Notes: generated from the letters alone by a model not told the origin. Counted from the first letter of the stretch, positions 12,030 through 26,300 are shown. The stretch: 64,000 bases of DNA from Octopus vulgaris (GCA_951406725.2 OX597814.1:209374001-209438000); one strand, 5' to 3'. Made by a program: numbers and translations.

Positions 12030-14580
12030 CATCTGGAGTGATGAGAAACCATACAATGAAAATGCAGGGTGGATCAAACGCACCCAAGATGACTACAAAA
12101 ATCTACAAGAACAGGTATGGGAAGACATCTCAATCGCCGACCTAAGGAAGGCACTAACGAAGGCTCATAAATGAAAATCCCCTGGTATTGATAGAGTACC
12201 AAATTTCTGACTCTCATCACTCTCGTCCGCACACAAAATGTTGGTAATACTATTTAATAGTATTATGAAAGACCCGGAAAAAACACCACATTGGATGGCA
12301 AATGGTATTACTTACCTCCTCCCCAAAAATAACAAAACGAAAGACCCAAAAAACTATCGGCCTATAACATGTTTATCTACTACCTATAAGATTTTGACAT
12401 CTATTCTAGTAGAGAAAACATATACGTTTATGGAAGAGAATAACCTCTTTCCCACTGAACAAAAAGGATGCAGACGAGGCTCATACGGATGCAAAGATCA
12501 GCTCCTAATTAATCGCGTGATCCTTGAGAACTGCCATAACAAGCGCAGAAATCTCAGCTCTTCATGGATTGATTATAAAAAAGCCTTTGACAGCATACCA
12601 AATTGCTGGACATTTTCAAAATTTCTCCTGTGATTTCAGATTTTTTAAAGTATATGTTACTATGGAACACGACGCTCCAATTATATCATTCTAATGGAGT
12701 ATTGCACTCAAACAACATTAGCATAAACTGTGGAATTTTCCAAGGTGACTCACTTTCACCACTAATTTTCTGCATAGCACTGATACCACTCTCAAGTGAA
12801 CTGAATAGAACAGGATATGGCTACAAAATTGACAACAGGAAAATAAGCCATCTATTTTATATGGATGACTTAAAGCTATATGGTAAAGATGATGAAGAGC
12901 TTGAAGGATTATTACATACAGTGAAAGGATTCAGTGATGATATCTGGATGGATTTTGGCCTTGAAAAGTGTGCCAAAGCCACTTTTAAGAAAGGGAAATT
13001 GGTAAAGTCTAGTTCAATCGAATTAGATGTCGAAATAGTAATAAAGGAATTTGAGCAGGAACAAACCTATAAATACCTAGGAATAATTGAAGGCTCTGGT
13101 ATCCAGCATGCAAGCATGAAAGAGAAGGTTAGGAAAGAATGTTATAGAAAAGTTCGAGTAGTCCTGAAGTCTGAGCTGAATGCATATAATAAGGTTTTAG
13201 CCATAAATTCCTTAGCAGTACCAGTTGTTCTTTATAGCTTCAATGTGCTTAACTGGAATACCAGTGAAATAATGAAAATTGACAGAAAAATCCGCAAGCT
13301 ACTGACTTGTAATAAGATGCACCATCCAAAGGCAGACGTGGATCGCCTTTACCTTCCCAGAGCTCAGAGGGGTCGAGGTTTGATCCAGCTTGAACTTGCA
13401 TACAAAGCCACCACAATCGGACTGGCCAAATACCTTGAAGCAACCAACGATTGGATGCTAAAACTTGTTGAAAAAGATGAAAGACCTAAAAAAACTTCAC
13501 TTTATTCTCAAAGAGAGCAAAAATTCGCTGCTGATCTCTTAGATACCCACCAGATTGAGCAGGCTGCAGGAAATGCGCCAACTGCAGCTGCAAAGAAAAT
13601 AAAATTAATTGCAAAGACAAAAGCACATGAAAATTTAGCTAGCAGATGGGAACAGAAACCTCTCCATGGCAAGTATGTGGCCCGTAGCAAACAAGCTGAT
13701 GTCGACCAGAAACACACGCACCAATGGTTACGAAGCTCAGGGCTAAAAGCAGAGAGTGAAGGTTTCATATTAGCTGCTCAAGACCAAAGCTTATTAACCC
13801 GGAACTACCAAGCCAATGTGATGAAAAATGGAGCTGACCCAAAATGCCGATTCTGTAACGATGAGAATGAAACAATAGACCACCTAATCTCAGGGTGTAG
13901 AGTTTTAGCACCTGCAGAATATAAAGCAAGACATGACAGAGTCGGCCAGTATTTACATTGGACAATACGTCGGCATTATAAAATCAAAACCGCTGACAAA
14001 TGGTATAAACATCATCCTGAAGCTGTGACTGAGGGAGAAAATGTGTCGATTCTATGGGACTTCCCCGTGCAGACCGACAGGACTATAAAAGCTAATAAAC
14101 CGGATATTATTATAAAAGATCAGACAAAAAGGATGTGTTTATTAATTGACATGAGTATTCCCTGTGATCACAATATAGCGGCGAAAGAATTTGACAAGAT
14201 TAGTAAATATAAAGACCTGCTAATAGAAATTGAAAAAAGGTGGCATCTCAAGGCGACTACAGTACCAGTGATTGTAGGATCTCTAGAATGATAAAAAAAG
14301 GTACTGAAACCTATTTGAAAATGATTCCAGGCTTACTATCCCTACAGGAAGTGCAAAAAATCGTATTAACTGGAACGGCTCATGTACTGATAAGAGCATT
14401 ATCGCTGTGAAAATAACATCCATCCATAAATTTATTTATTTATTAATTTTTAAATACATATTTTATCTGTGAATTTGCGCGTGTAATCTGGGAATGCATA
14501 CAATGAGCTTCTCTGCCCTAGGTGTATGGAAAACACTCGGCGAGAAACGGAAGAAAATTTGAAGAAAGAAGGAAAAAACA
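12030..14580 (+). mobile_element. R4/Dong-clade non-LTR retrotransposon, 5'-truncated: RT + CCHC + restriction-like endonuclease + 3' UTR
   Basis: KSPGIDRVPNF, NYRPITCL, EQKGCRRGSYGCKDQL, WIDYKKAFDS, GIFQGDSLSP, HLFYMDDLKLY, YKYLG, CRFC...ETIDHLISGC, RHD, KPDII..LLIDMSIP. Disrupted by stops near 12172 and 12208 and frameshifts near 12600 and 14290. Ends in (TAA)n. Confidence 0.95.
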
Positions 14581-14608
14581 TAATAATAATAATGATAATA
14601 ATAATAAA

Positions 14609-15147
14609 TTCCCTGATGCAGTACCAGGCAATGGCTAGAATTGCTTCTGATCTTAACTGCTTGGAAGTGTTATCATGTACATTGTTTTGTCTTGGTATAA
14701 AAGATGGGCTACAGCAAATATTCTGCTCAATACCACAGATTTGCTTGTCAGTTAGTTGACCATAACCAGTTGAGCATGTTCCTTAGTGGCTGACGATATG
14801 TGCAACTCTGATCAGGTGTAGAAGTAATGTGGCGGAGGCGGGGTCATAGAAGCCATGTGTTGAGAGGAATTCTTGGAGGTTTGGATAATTCTCCTTCGGA
14901 AACATGTGTTTTGTTCATCATCCTTAAAACAACTGTTATTCAGCGACCTTTTTGTGCGGTATGGGCTACTCTAAAATTCGAAATAGGCCCCCATCTGCAA
15001 GGTCATGTGCTGTTTATCTTGATATGCTATCTCTATGTCGCGCACATATGGTTGTGATGCATGTACCTGTTGTCCACTTATCAGACTGTTGGTCCAGATG
15101 GGTATATTGGGCTTTGTATATTTTACCCCAGTGTCACTTTGATGGCA
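14609..15147 (+). mobile_element. Longer copy of the (TAA)n-embedded non-coding element
   Basis: Same 5' start as the 2900 copy (TAAATT-CCTGATGCAGTACCAGGCAATGGCTAG). It carries ~270 bp of extra internal sequence, and the last ~20 bp of the 3' end is missing. Confidence 0.85.
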
Positions 15148-15365
15148 AAAACTTGTAGATCTCAGCGGTCCAGCATGGCGAATGATTAAAAAAAAAGTTT
15201 ATATATATGTTATGTCTATGAATTTGTTTTGCAAGATTCCCGATGTGAAATTATGTGTTGAAATATATATTGTTATATTTCGGGATGGCCATTTTGTTTC
15301 CTTCACAAAAAAAACAACAAAAAACAAAAAAACAAAAACAAAAAAGAAAACACACGCACTATATA

Positions 15366-15600
15366 AATTTCTTTACTACCCACAAGGGGCTAAACACAGA
15401 GGGGACAAACAAGGACAGACAAAGCGATTAAGTCGATTACATCAACCCCAGTGTGTAACTGGTACTTAATTTATCGACCCCGAAAGGATGAAAGGCAAAG
15501 TTGACCTCGGTGGAATATGAACTCAGAACGTAACGACAGACGAAATACGCCTACGCATTTCGCCCGGCGTGCTAACGGTTCTGCCAGCTCACCGCCTTCG
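15366..15600 (-). mobile_element. SINE family B, full length with 13-bp TSD
   Basis: tRNA-like head GGCGGTGAGCTGGCAGAA...GAGTTCATATTCC and central GCCTTTCATCCTTTCGGGGTCGATAAA domain. TSD CACGCACTATATA at 15353-15365 and 15601-15613. Confidence 0.92.
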
Positions 15601-16328
15601 CACGCACTATATAGTCGTTCTTCTCTTCAGATTTATTATTGTTTATAATTTATTGTCCACTGTCTGTGTTTGTTTGGCAAGAAAAGAAATGACCGTCCCA
15701 AAATGTAACCATGTATATTTATATATATGGTAGGAAAATTCATAAAATTTTACCCCAAGGGTTGCATTTCTCATTTGGAAAATTGAAGCTGTGAATCTTG
15801 CTGTAAAGGTTAGTGAATCTTGCAGATAATAATTAATATGATAAAACGCTATTCTTTTTCTTCTCGTACGTGCAATTATTTGTGCTTTAGTGTAAAGCGA
15901 CTTACATGCACTAGTAGACACAGATATAAGGCAGACAAGATACGTAATATATGAATAAAGAAGAAATTCAAAATGCTATGTGAATTAGATTAGTATTTGG
16001 AAGAGAATCAAACGGAAAATAAACACAGCAATTAGTGTAAACACAGTAGCTCTACTGACGACTAAGTGCAGTTTAAATATAATATATTTAAAATTAAGTG
16101 TCCAAAAATGATAATTCATGATGGGGTATATTTACGAATCATACACACAGACTGGGTTGGAGAGAGAGCTAATACAAATAGTGATGTGTTATACAATATC
16201 ATTGCAAACATATTTTAGGGAAAATATTTATTAGAGAAGGTAGATTTTATATAGACTAAGTACCAATTAGGCATAATAAGGAGATTCGAAATATATGAGC
16301 AGCTAAAGACAACAGGAAAATCGAATAC

Positions 16329-16541
16329 ACTCCTTTACTCTCTTTTACTTGTTTCAGTCATTTGACTGTGGCCATGCTGGAGCACCGCCTTTAGTCGAGC
16401 AAATCGACCCCCAGGACTTATTCTTTGTAAGCCTAGTACTTATTCTATCGGTCTCTTTTGCTGAACCGCTAAGTTACGAGGACATAAACACACCACCATT
16501 GGTTGTCAAGCGATGTTAGAGGAACAAACACAAACACACAA

Positions 16542-16607
<66 letters not shown>

Positions 16608-16785
16608 TACATATATACGACGGGCTTCTTTTAGTTTCCGTCTACCAAATCCACTCACAAGGCTTTGGTCGGCCCGAGGCTATAGTAGTAGAAGACACTT
16701 GCCCAAGGTGTCACGCAGTGGGAATGGACCCGGAACCATGTGGTTGGTAAGCAAGCTACTTACCACTCAGCCACTCCTGCATCTA
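16329..16785 (-). mobile_element. SINE family A (tRNA-derived, internal (CA)/(TA) microsatellite)
   Basis: Near-identical to the copies at 22094, 22894, 30085 and 31016. A/B-box-like head and (GTAAAAGA)-type tail. Confidence 0.92.
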
Positions 16786-16909
16786 TAGTTGATGTAAACA
16801 ATAGAATAACTAAGGGAACACAGGCTGGACGATTTGAATAAAAAGAAGCAAATCTCTGTATGGTTAGATTTTGTTATTGTTCTCCTCTCCTGCTTTTTCA
16901 TATACTATG

Positions 16910-18200
16910 TGTACGGGCATCGGTAATCGTGGACTTTCACCTCCATCTCTCTACTCACAACATAGCACATACTTTATTGGCCCAGTCTATCTGTAACCAG
17001 CTGGTAAGGCCATCAATCTTCTTTGTTCCTGTCTCACTGTTTTTCACAGTGCTTCCCGTTTAGTTTCCCAGTTGTAAGCGAGTGCTCAAGGCTTTTTCTT
17101 CTCATAGTGTCTCCTTATATTCGTTATTTCTTTGTCTCCTTGTGTTGGTCTTGACTAGTATAAAGCAAATTCAATCAATACTTAAGTTTCCCTAGAGTAT
17201 CATAAACATTCATCTAAGTAACTACCTATCTAGAAAATTGATAAGCTTTTGAATTTGTGACTGATCAAGATTACACGATGATATGTGAGGAAGGGTTTTA
17301 TGCATGCCTCTAGGAAACTTTTCCTGACTCTCATTCATATCCCTTTATTTGACAATATATGCTTAATTTCTCTAAAACAAACCTTGTTGATATTTTGCTC
17401 TATTATCTGTATCTGGTAGATGTTTAGTTGGACGTATAATTATACTTCACTGTATAATGAAAAGAACTCTGGTGGTAACACCCCGCCCAGTCATAGTTTC
17501 TCTTGATCTACTCATACAGTCCTATTTCATTTCCAATTTTCATTGCTGCTTCTTGTTGTCAATATATGCTTTTGATTATTCGTATGTCCTTCCACCTAGA
17601 CATATACTTTTTAATATTTCAATGGTTCCTCCATGGCTTCCTGTATCAAATGCTTTTGAAATATAGATAGAGATCTTGTACTTCGATTGCTTTTCCAATT
17701 CTGTTTCTCAGAATGCACGTAGGATTAACTGTATTTTTTCCTCAATAAATCCAAATTATACTTCTGATATTTTAGGCTTGTTTATACTTTTGGATCTAAG
17801 CTTCGGGATACACAAGTTTTATGTACTGTATATCATAATGTTGACGGTTCTGTGCAGCCCACATGTTAATACCCTAGCTATAAAGTTTGTTTAGAGCAGT
17901 TCTTTAGGAATCTATCTATCTTGTTCTGTAAGTGTTACTGAGAGGTCTTTTTCTTTTATTATTTTCAAATTTCTGTAAGCATATTACTTATATCTAAAGA
18001 TTGAGTAAGTTGGATTGCATTCTGCGAGGTGTTAAGATTCAATTCTCTTTGGTGTTCAGGAGAGATTTTATAAGTTAGCTTCATCTTATGAACGAGCTGC
18101 GTATTATTTATAGGGTTAACCTACTGTGCTTTTGCCTTTAGGTTAAAAAGAAAACAATTTGATCAAAGGATATCATGTTCTTGAAGTCAATCAGAAATTT
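16910..18200 (-). mobile_element. Degenerate RTE-clade LINE (RT and 3' end)
   Basis: Remnants GKDIRIIKSIY*QQEAAMKIGNEIG, LEHSLTTGKLNGK, KIDGLTSWLQ and KSTITDART. Confidence 0.7.
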
Positions 18201-18315
18201 CTAAAATCTAGACGTACCTTTACAGAGAATACAACCCTCTGGACATTCGACGGAGGCAGGATAGCAGTACAACAAAAGGAAAACATGGATATACATAATT
18301 TTAATTTAATTAATA

Positions 18316-19307
18316 CTTCTATCCTTCAAGAAGTTTCTCAAATTTTGTATCATAGTTTGAAGAATCAGTAGGTTTATATGTTCTATTTTTCTCTATATTT
18401 AGTCCATTTGTAACAGATAACTTCAAACAGAACAGACCCGGAATTCTCTTTGTGAGAGAAACTGAAGCAATTTACCTCAGCAATGGAAGTTTTATTCCCC
18501 TATGGATATCAATACATTTCAAAATTGAAATGTATAAATTATTCTCTTATGGTATTCAGATCGCAATTTAATTTTATAAGTACTAATAAAGAATAAAAAA
18601 AATATAAATGCGCCCTTTTAAAGCCTAGCTTGGCTCATGGACCCAGTTTTCCGGTTTCAATAGCGTATGTGTACCCCAGCTGTGTGGGACGCCAGTCCAT
18701 CGCAACGTTACCCATTTTTGCCAGCTGAGTAGACTGGAGCAACGTGAAATGAAGTGTTTTGCACAAGTACACAACGAGTCGGCCGGTCCAGGAATCGAAA
18801 CCACAATCTTACGATCATGATGTTGACACCATAACCACTGAGCCACGTGCCTCAACATAAGTACTAATAGGTGTCATTAAATGAGTTTGAGTAAGGTAAC
18901 AAAGAAAATCGTGTAATATTCTTATGAATCTGCCCAGTAACAGTACCTTGATTTCTATTCCTAGTTAGTAAAGAAAAAATGTTATATTATGATAATTGTA
19001 GTATGGCACGTAATGTTGGTTGATAAATGTATTTTCGTAGATGCCATATTTATTGAGTAGACATAGGAGTGTTGCATATAAAAAATTTAACTGTTTAAAT
19101 CTCAGTTTTAGAAAAAAAAAAGCATTTAATAGTTGAATTATTATTACTATAGAGGTAGATATATTAAAGAGTGATCTACAGCACATTATCGTTTTATGGT
19201 GGTATCATAAATATAGAGAGAAATATATAAAGAGATATAGAACATATAAACTTACCGATGCTTCAAACTATGATACAAAATTTGAGAAACTTCTTGAAAG
19301 ATAGAAG
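18316..19307. repeat. ~85-bp inverted repeat pair (18316-18401 / 19209-19307)
   Basis: TTCAAGAAGTTTCTCAAATTTTGTATCATAGTTTGAAG is exactly reverse-complemented in the right arm. Confidence 0.9.
18589..18856 (-). mobile_element. SINE family C (tRNA head, CORE-like and V-like domains) with 13-bp TSD
   Basis: Head GTGGCTCAGTGGTTA...GGTTTCGATTCC, then GCAAAACACTTCATTTCAC (CORE-like) and GCGATGGACTGGCGTCC (V-domain-like). TSD ATAAGTACTAATA at 18576-18588 and 18857-18869. Confidence 0.88.
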
Positions 19308-20210
19308 ATTGATGCGAGTAGTCTTATTTCTTTTGTAACCTGGGAAATTACTGCACTATATTGCTTCAGTGTCTAGCGGCACTACTACTGCAACATGTCC
19401 TAATTCTATTGCCCTTTAGTGGGAAAATAAGACGAATCATATACTCTTCAAACCCGTACACATTTATCACTCATTCAGACAACCCTATTTAGCGTTGTTG
19501 CTATGCAACAGCGTGGGAGTTCTAAGGCACATATTTGTGAAAGTCAACATTTTCATACATTTCTCTGGGATATGCTTTAAATTATCACTCTATTTAGCGA
19601 AACTTTGACAAGGTTTTGTATAAACATAGTTGCAGTTTATTCTATTTTCTCTATGTCTGCCGGCGGTTTATATTCAGTAAATACAGATGATTGCAACTCT
19701 GTTATTTGCCTTGTTAATATATGTAATTTTTGGTCGTTTTCTTGGTATTGACAGTTTGATTGCGACTGTTGTTGTGTTTTTTTTTATTTCTTCTTTTAAC
19801 AAAATAACAGAAAATGTTGCCTTTTGCCGTTAGTCATATTAATATTTTTCTTTTTTTATTTACCTTCTATTATTGACGCTATTATTATAGAAGATAGGTG
19901 TAGTGACATTCGCCTGTTTTGTTACTAGTGTCTTTGCTGGCATCGACGTTGTCGTTCAAAGTCACTTATAACTGCTGCTGAATATTCGGAAGCATTTGTA
20001 ACTTCATTGCTCCTGTTTTTCCAAATGAGGATATTAGTAATTTTCTTGACGCCTGTCAATATATCCAGGAGCAAACGAATTCTAAATTCTGTCTTTCATT
20101 TATGTTTATTTGTTTGGTGACTCTATGAAATCCATTCTTCTCCCATCAGTTGGTGGTCAGCAGCTAGTTCTATAATAATCTATATATCAACGAAAGTATC
20201 TCTTCTCGCC

Positions 20211-20262
20211 AATACTATTTTGTCATCTAAAAAACTGAGTAATACTATTTTGTCATCTAAAA
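20211..20262. repeat. 22-bp direct repeat AATACTATTTTGTCATCTAAAA x2
   Basis: Directly visible at 20211 and 20241. Confidence 0.9.
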
Positions 20263-20906
20263 CACACGGAATAAAGAAGAAAATTTTTAATAAAGGTTGT
20301 AAAAAAACGAAACGATAAACAAAAGATAACAAACACTGTTAAAAATTTCTAAAACATGTTCTACTCAAACTTTTGTTATGCAAACATTTAACAAAGATTT
20401 ACAACTTCTGTAGAAATAAACTTACTTTGTTATATTATTTTAGCAATTTGGTTTTAAAATATGGCGGAGAATATTGACTTAAGATATTAAAATAATTTAC
20501 AAATGTATATCGATTACCAACAACAGAAGTAGAGATAATTTCATATTTAGAATAAAAAATAGATAGAATGCTAAACATGCGTAATTTTCATTGATATATT
20601 GTATATCTGTCTGTTTGTCTGTCTGCACCCTCTGCATGTCCTTATTTCAATATACATATACAACATAAGTACATATATACATAAACACACGCACTTATAC
20701 ACACACACACACATACACACATACAAGTTTCAAAAATTGAAAAGAGGCACGATAAAGGAACAAACGGAAATTTAACACACGAGATATGGACATACTATTT
20801 CCTCGTCGGTTAGCGTCCATTAATCATTACAATTTCACACCCTTAATGATAATAATGTTCATTTTTGGTGGCGTCAATAGTAAGAAGCTGCTGCGAATAA
20901 TGAATG

Positions 20907-20996
<90 letters not shown>

Positions 20997-21038
20997 TTAT
21001 CTATCTGTCTGTCTATCTATCTATCTATCTATCTATCA

Positions 21039-21100
<62 letters not shown>

Positions 21101-21190
21101 ATATCTCTCTCTCTCTCTATATATATATATCTGCAGATATACATACATACGTACATATATGCATGCACACACACACACACACACACACCA
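20907..21190. repeat. (TCTA)n followed by (TC)/(TA)/(CA) tracts
   Basis: Directly visible. Confidence 0.98.
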
Positions 21191-21254
21191 ACGTGTGTAT
21201 CGTTGGCGATTTTCTTCCTCCGTCTTCCCTTCCTTGAACCTTTCCTTTTTCTAT

Positions 21255-21289
21255 ATTTCTGATGAAGATCTCCGCTCGAAACGTTAAAT
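21255..21289 (+). ncRNA. Minimal type-I hammerhead ribozyme motif in a Penelope-like terminal repeat (~21200-21390)
   Basis: ATTT-CTGATGA-A-GATC TCC GCTC-GAAACGTT-AAAT. Both core boxes present, stem I ATTT/AAAT, palindromic stem III AACGTT, one mismatch in stem II. Confidence 0.7.
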
Positions 21290-21531
21290 CCTCTTTCTTT
21301 TTTTCGTTTCCTGAGCATCCAATAACACTATACTTGTTCCACGTTCTCGCGTTGTTGTGTTTTCTCTTTGTTCTTGTTAGATTAACTATATATATATATA
21401 TATACAAATGCATATACATACTTGAGTAATAGCACGAAGCAGTAATATAAAAATAAAGTTTCGGTTAGTTCAAACATGTTTAGGACATATTTCAACTTCT
21501 GAAGACAAATAATTCACTACATAAAACCCCA

Positions 21532-21532
<1 letters not shown>

Positions 21533-21595
<63 letters not shown>

Positions 21596-21625
21596 GCACA
21601 TACAAACACGCACACATATACATAC
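21533..21625. repeat. (CA)n microsatellite
   Basis: Directly visible. Confidence 0.97.
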
Positions 21626-21786
21626 AAAATAAAGCACAGAAATACATAAATTTAGCAGAAAACAATTAGTCTACCTATCTATCTACGTTTCTAGTTCAGA
21701 CGACGGTTTTAGCTGCTCGCGTAATTGCTGCTTCTTATACAAATAGCTTACATCAATTTTATGCGTATGTAGACATACACATTACA

Positions 21787-21835
21787 ACTTCTGATGAACA
21801 CTTACTCCAAAAAAGAAAAAAAAACAGTTGTAAAG
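21787..21835 (+). ncRNA. Degenerate hammerhead motif
   Basis: CTT-CTGATGA...(A-run)-ACAGTTGT-A-AAG. Stem I CTT/AAG and a near-palindromic stem III remain, but stem II and GAAA are eroded into poly-A. Confidence 0.4.
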
Positions 21836-22093
21836 AAGTGCCTCTACTTTCTGTCACATGTGATACCATGGATTTTACTTATCTTTCTATGTTCAATCGA
21901 GACGAAGGACTAATCGAATTCTCCTGTATCTCATCAACAACATAACTGAATGAATTCCTTGGCTTTGTATCTGTCTCTATCGAATCTCTATGAACTTTCA
22001 CCATTCGTTGTTTTTTTTCTAGATTCATGTATTTTTGTACTTTTTTCTTTTTTCTGTGAATATGACATAAACGACCTCGTGTTTTACAACTAC

Positions 22094-22593
22094 CTCTTTT
22101 ACTCTTTTACTGGTTTCAGTCATTTGGAACATGTGGCCATGCTGGAGCACCGCCTTTAGCCGATCAAATCGACCCCAGGACTTATTCTTCGTAAGCCTAG
22201 TACTTATTCTATCGGTCTCTTTTGCCGAACCGCTAAGTTACGGGCACTTAAACACACCAGCATCGGTTGTCAAGCGATGTTAGGGGGACAAACACAAACA
22301 CATAAACATACACACACACACACACACACACGTATATATATACATATATATATACATATATACGACAGGCTTCCAGACACATAAACACACACACGTATAT
22401 ATATATATACATATATATATACATATATACGACAGGCTTCTTTCAGTTTCCGCCTACCAAATCCACTCACAAGGTTTTGGTCGGCCCGAGGCTATAGTAG
22501 AAGACTCTTGCCCAACGTGCCATGCAGCGGGACTGAACCCAGAACCATGTGGTTGGTAACCAAGCTACTTACCCTACAGCCACTCCTAGGCCT
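22094..22593 (-). mobile_element. SINE family A with internal ~68-bp duplication
   Basis: Family A sequence. ACACACACGTATATA...TACGACAGGCTTC occurs twice (~22320-22373 and ~22385-22440). Confidence 0.92.
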
Positions 22594-22893
22594 GTTCATA
22601 TTTTATTCTATAACACCTGTACACTGCTTATAGTCAACTCTTATTCCAACGGATCTCATATCCCTCCCCTTAGTGTAGGCTGAGTGTAGGCAATGGCTCT
22701 TGCCTGGGCACTTATTGTGCGTACCTAATATATTGTCTTTTTCTTACCTATAGCTTATACATACATACATACATACATATATACAGCCATACATACCTAT
22801 ACACAGATAAATACGTACACGCGTATACATATATTATATATATACGTGTGTGTGTGTGTGTGTGGTTGTGTGCGCGCAGTTGTGTATATGTAT

Positions 22894-23113
22894 ACTCTTT
22901 TACTCTTTTACTTGTTTCAGTCATTTGACTGCGGCCATGCTGGAGCACCGCCTTTAATCGAGCAACTCGACCCCGGGACTTATTCTTTTGTAAGCCCAGT
23001 ACTTATTCTATCGGTCTCTTTTGCCGAACCGCTAAGTAACGGGGACATAAACACACCAGCATTGGTTGTCAAGCAATGCTAGGGGGACAAACACAGACAT
23101 ACAAACACACACA

Positions 23114-23183
<70 letters not shown>

Positions 23184-23335
23184 TACGACGGGCTTCTTTT
23201 AGTTTCCATATACCAAATCCAAATAGTGTCTTCTATAGTAGAAGACACTTGCCGAAGGTGCCATGCAGTGGGACTGAATCCGGAACCATGTGGTTGGTAA
23301 ACAAGCTACTTACCACACAGCCACTCCTGCGCCTA
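22894..23335 (-). mobile_element. SINE family A
   Basis: Family A sequence with an internal replacement at ~23221-23232. Confidence 0.92.
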
Positions 23336-26300
23336 TATGCAAACTTTTTAAAAACGTCTAACGGATATTTAAATATTGCAGTCATTTTCATCGACCAATT
23401 ATATTTGGATGGATTAAAATCGGTGGAAAAAACATCCTGTAAGTTTAACTGGATCATCTAAAATAGTCAATCAGAAATGCATAATCAGACCCTACCCTTC
23501 TAAACAATAGACCTTGGGTTTGACAAACAGAAACACGAAACTTCTAAGTAACATGATGTGATGCTTCGGCGTCTCAACAAAACCAGTTAACACACACACA
23601 CACTCACATAAGCAGGCACGCAGGCACGCACACACACACACACACACATGCAGGCACGCACTCACAATCAACAAATTCAATATGGATTTCCATTCTTATA
23701 TATAAATGTTCTCACCAATGCCTTTTGGAAAAAGCACGTTGTAACCCGCTTTTCCCTATCTTGCTTTGAAATAATACTGATCACCCTTTAATGGATATCC
23801 TTTGTCACTATATGTCAACCGGTGGGTCTATTTATTGCACTCACGAGAAGAATGAATAACCGTTTATTCTTACAGTTTCATCGATTCTGTACAGAATGCT
23901 TGTGTATGTATTAAAATCATTTTACTTCGGCTGTGCCACATAGTAGATCGATAATAAGTCTATAGTTTAGAAATCAAAATTCTCGTCTTGTAAAAACACA
24001 AAGAGTAACACTATACATATCAAATACAGAATATAGATGAAAGAGACAATTTCGGGAATTTATTTTGTCGAACCTGTTTATTATGTCTATCTGAAGTTGA
24101 TATTAAAATTATATCAGGTATTGTGTATCTTTTTCATAGAAATACAAACAAACCGAAATTACAAGAGTGTTTTCTATAACAACAAAGTAATTTATTTTTC
24201 CAAAAGGCTTTCTTTTATCTCCGCAACTAGAAATGAATGATAAAAAGAAGAAATATCATTAGATAGGGATTTATGTTTTATAGTTTTACTATAAGTTGGT
24301 GTTTATAGCCAATGATGTCAAAATTATATTCAGTATTTTAGGATCCAAATATCAATATCAGTAAGGTTCTTCATTGCGTCGGCACAGAAATTATATATGT
24401 GTATATGTAATTATGTATGTATACAGGCATTGGTTCTGTGTTTGTGCTTGCGTACTTACATACGTGCGCATATACGTGTACACACACATACACACACAGA
24501 AACACACACACGTATACTGTACGTAGCGGTCACGTTATCAGTGTGTATTTTTAGTAAGTGATCATGTGATTAGAGAAATGCAGAATTACCATCTGGACAT
24601 TCTGGGAACTTGCAAGATGCGTTGCATCGCTCAAATCCATATTAAATCAGATGGATTTTTGGTCCTGTATTCTGGCATGGAGGACCATCATATGTATGGA
24701 ACTGACATTATTTCGCACAACGAGGCTGCTGCAGCATTGGTAGGCTGGAAACCAAAATATGAGTAGATTTTAACACGGTTTCAAACCAGACACAGGAAAG
24801 TTACCGCGGTTCAGGTTACCGACGTAAACTGAAGCTGCAAGAGACGATTAGCAAGAACAATTCTATGACCACCTCCAGGATGTGTTTGACGAAATGCTGA
24901 GTTACAGCTTCAAGCATGTTATTGGCGATTGCAATGCACAATTGGATTCGAATAAGCGGAATAAGTCGTATGTGGTAGGATCCCATGGCAATGCGAATGA
25001 GACCAGCATCAACGGAGAGTGTATGCTGTCACTGTTGGGCACCACAACACTCAATGTGGGGAACACCATCTTTCAACACATACGCACAAAAAAGAAAAAA
25101 TCAACAGCATAACCTGAACGGCCCCGGATGCAAATCCAAAAGACGAGATTATATTTGCATTAGTGGACGATGGTGATCATCGCTGCTATGTTGGATCTGA
25201 TCGCAATTTTATTGTCGGAAAAGTTACATTCAAGTTGAAAAAAAATGAAAGAAGCCAAGAAGCTGTTTGAGGTAGCGAAGCTTAAAGTCTTGTAAACATA
25301 GCGACGCTGTCTCGTCGAAGTCAAAAGCAGATTTGTAGCACTGCGTCGTACTAACGACATTGAGGAGCAGTGGAAGCTGTTTCAGCAGGCTGTAACAGAA
25401 AATTCAAGTGTCACCTTAGGCAGGTCAAGAGATTCCTCGCTGATGATACATCGAAGAGGCCAGGGAACAGAAGAAAGAAGACATGCACCCAACACCAGAG
25501 TTGAAGACACCTCCGAAAGGGGGGGGGGGCGCCATGACAAAACGGTAGAGGAGTAGGGGCCGAAACCGGACGTGGTTCCTCCTGATGATGTCTTGAGCTA
25601 ACTGGATCCTATAAAGGAGCTGTTGTGGTAGCAGACCACCAAACACGGTTGTAATTCCAGAGATGTGGACTTGTATCGATGAAAGGATGCAGACCAAAGC
25701 AAAACGTGAAAGGTCTGCAATGAAGACTATCGGAGAACAGATCGTGATATGAAGAAAATGTGCAGAAGAAGCGATCAGCGGTGGATAGAAAAGAACAGTA
25801 TGGAAGCTCAAGAATCTGCGGACAGAAACGACTCGCAAACTCTTTATAAGATCGTGTGCGAGTTAATAAGTGCGAAGAGTAAACTCCAGTGTGCTGATCA
25901 AAGCTAGGAATGGTAAAATGCTTACCACGGAAGAGGAAGAAGTATTGCACTGGAAAGAACATTTTCAGGAAGCTTTCAATCAATCGATTCCAGCTACTAC
26001 ATTTGAAATGAGTAACAGAAAGTCCATGAATGAACTGAGCATCAACATACTGATATAATAGCAGAAGTGGACAAGACAATACGCAGTTCAGTGAACAGCA
26101 TTCATCAATTGGCATGAATAAGATACCTGCTGAAGAAGACGGGGAAGCAGTTATACAATATCTGAGACATTTGTTCAGCTTTGTTTGACAGCGGGAAGAT
26201 GTATCAGATGATTGGACCCATGGAATAGTTGTTGCACTACTTAAAAATGGTTATCTGGTGGACTGTAACAGCTGGTGTGACGTACCATTGTTATGTGTGC

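Noticed and set aside
19497-19509. GTTGCTATGCAAC RFX X-box-like palindrome
   Set aside because: Short, imperfect match with no identifiable gene nearby.
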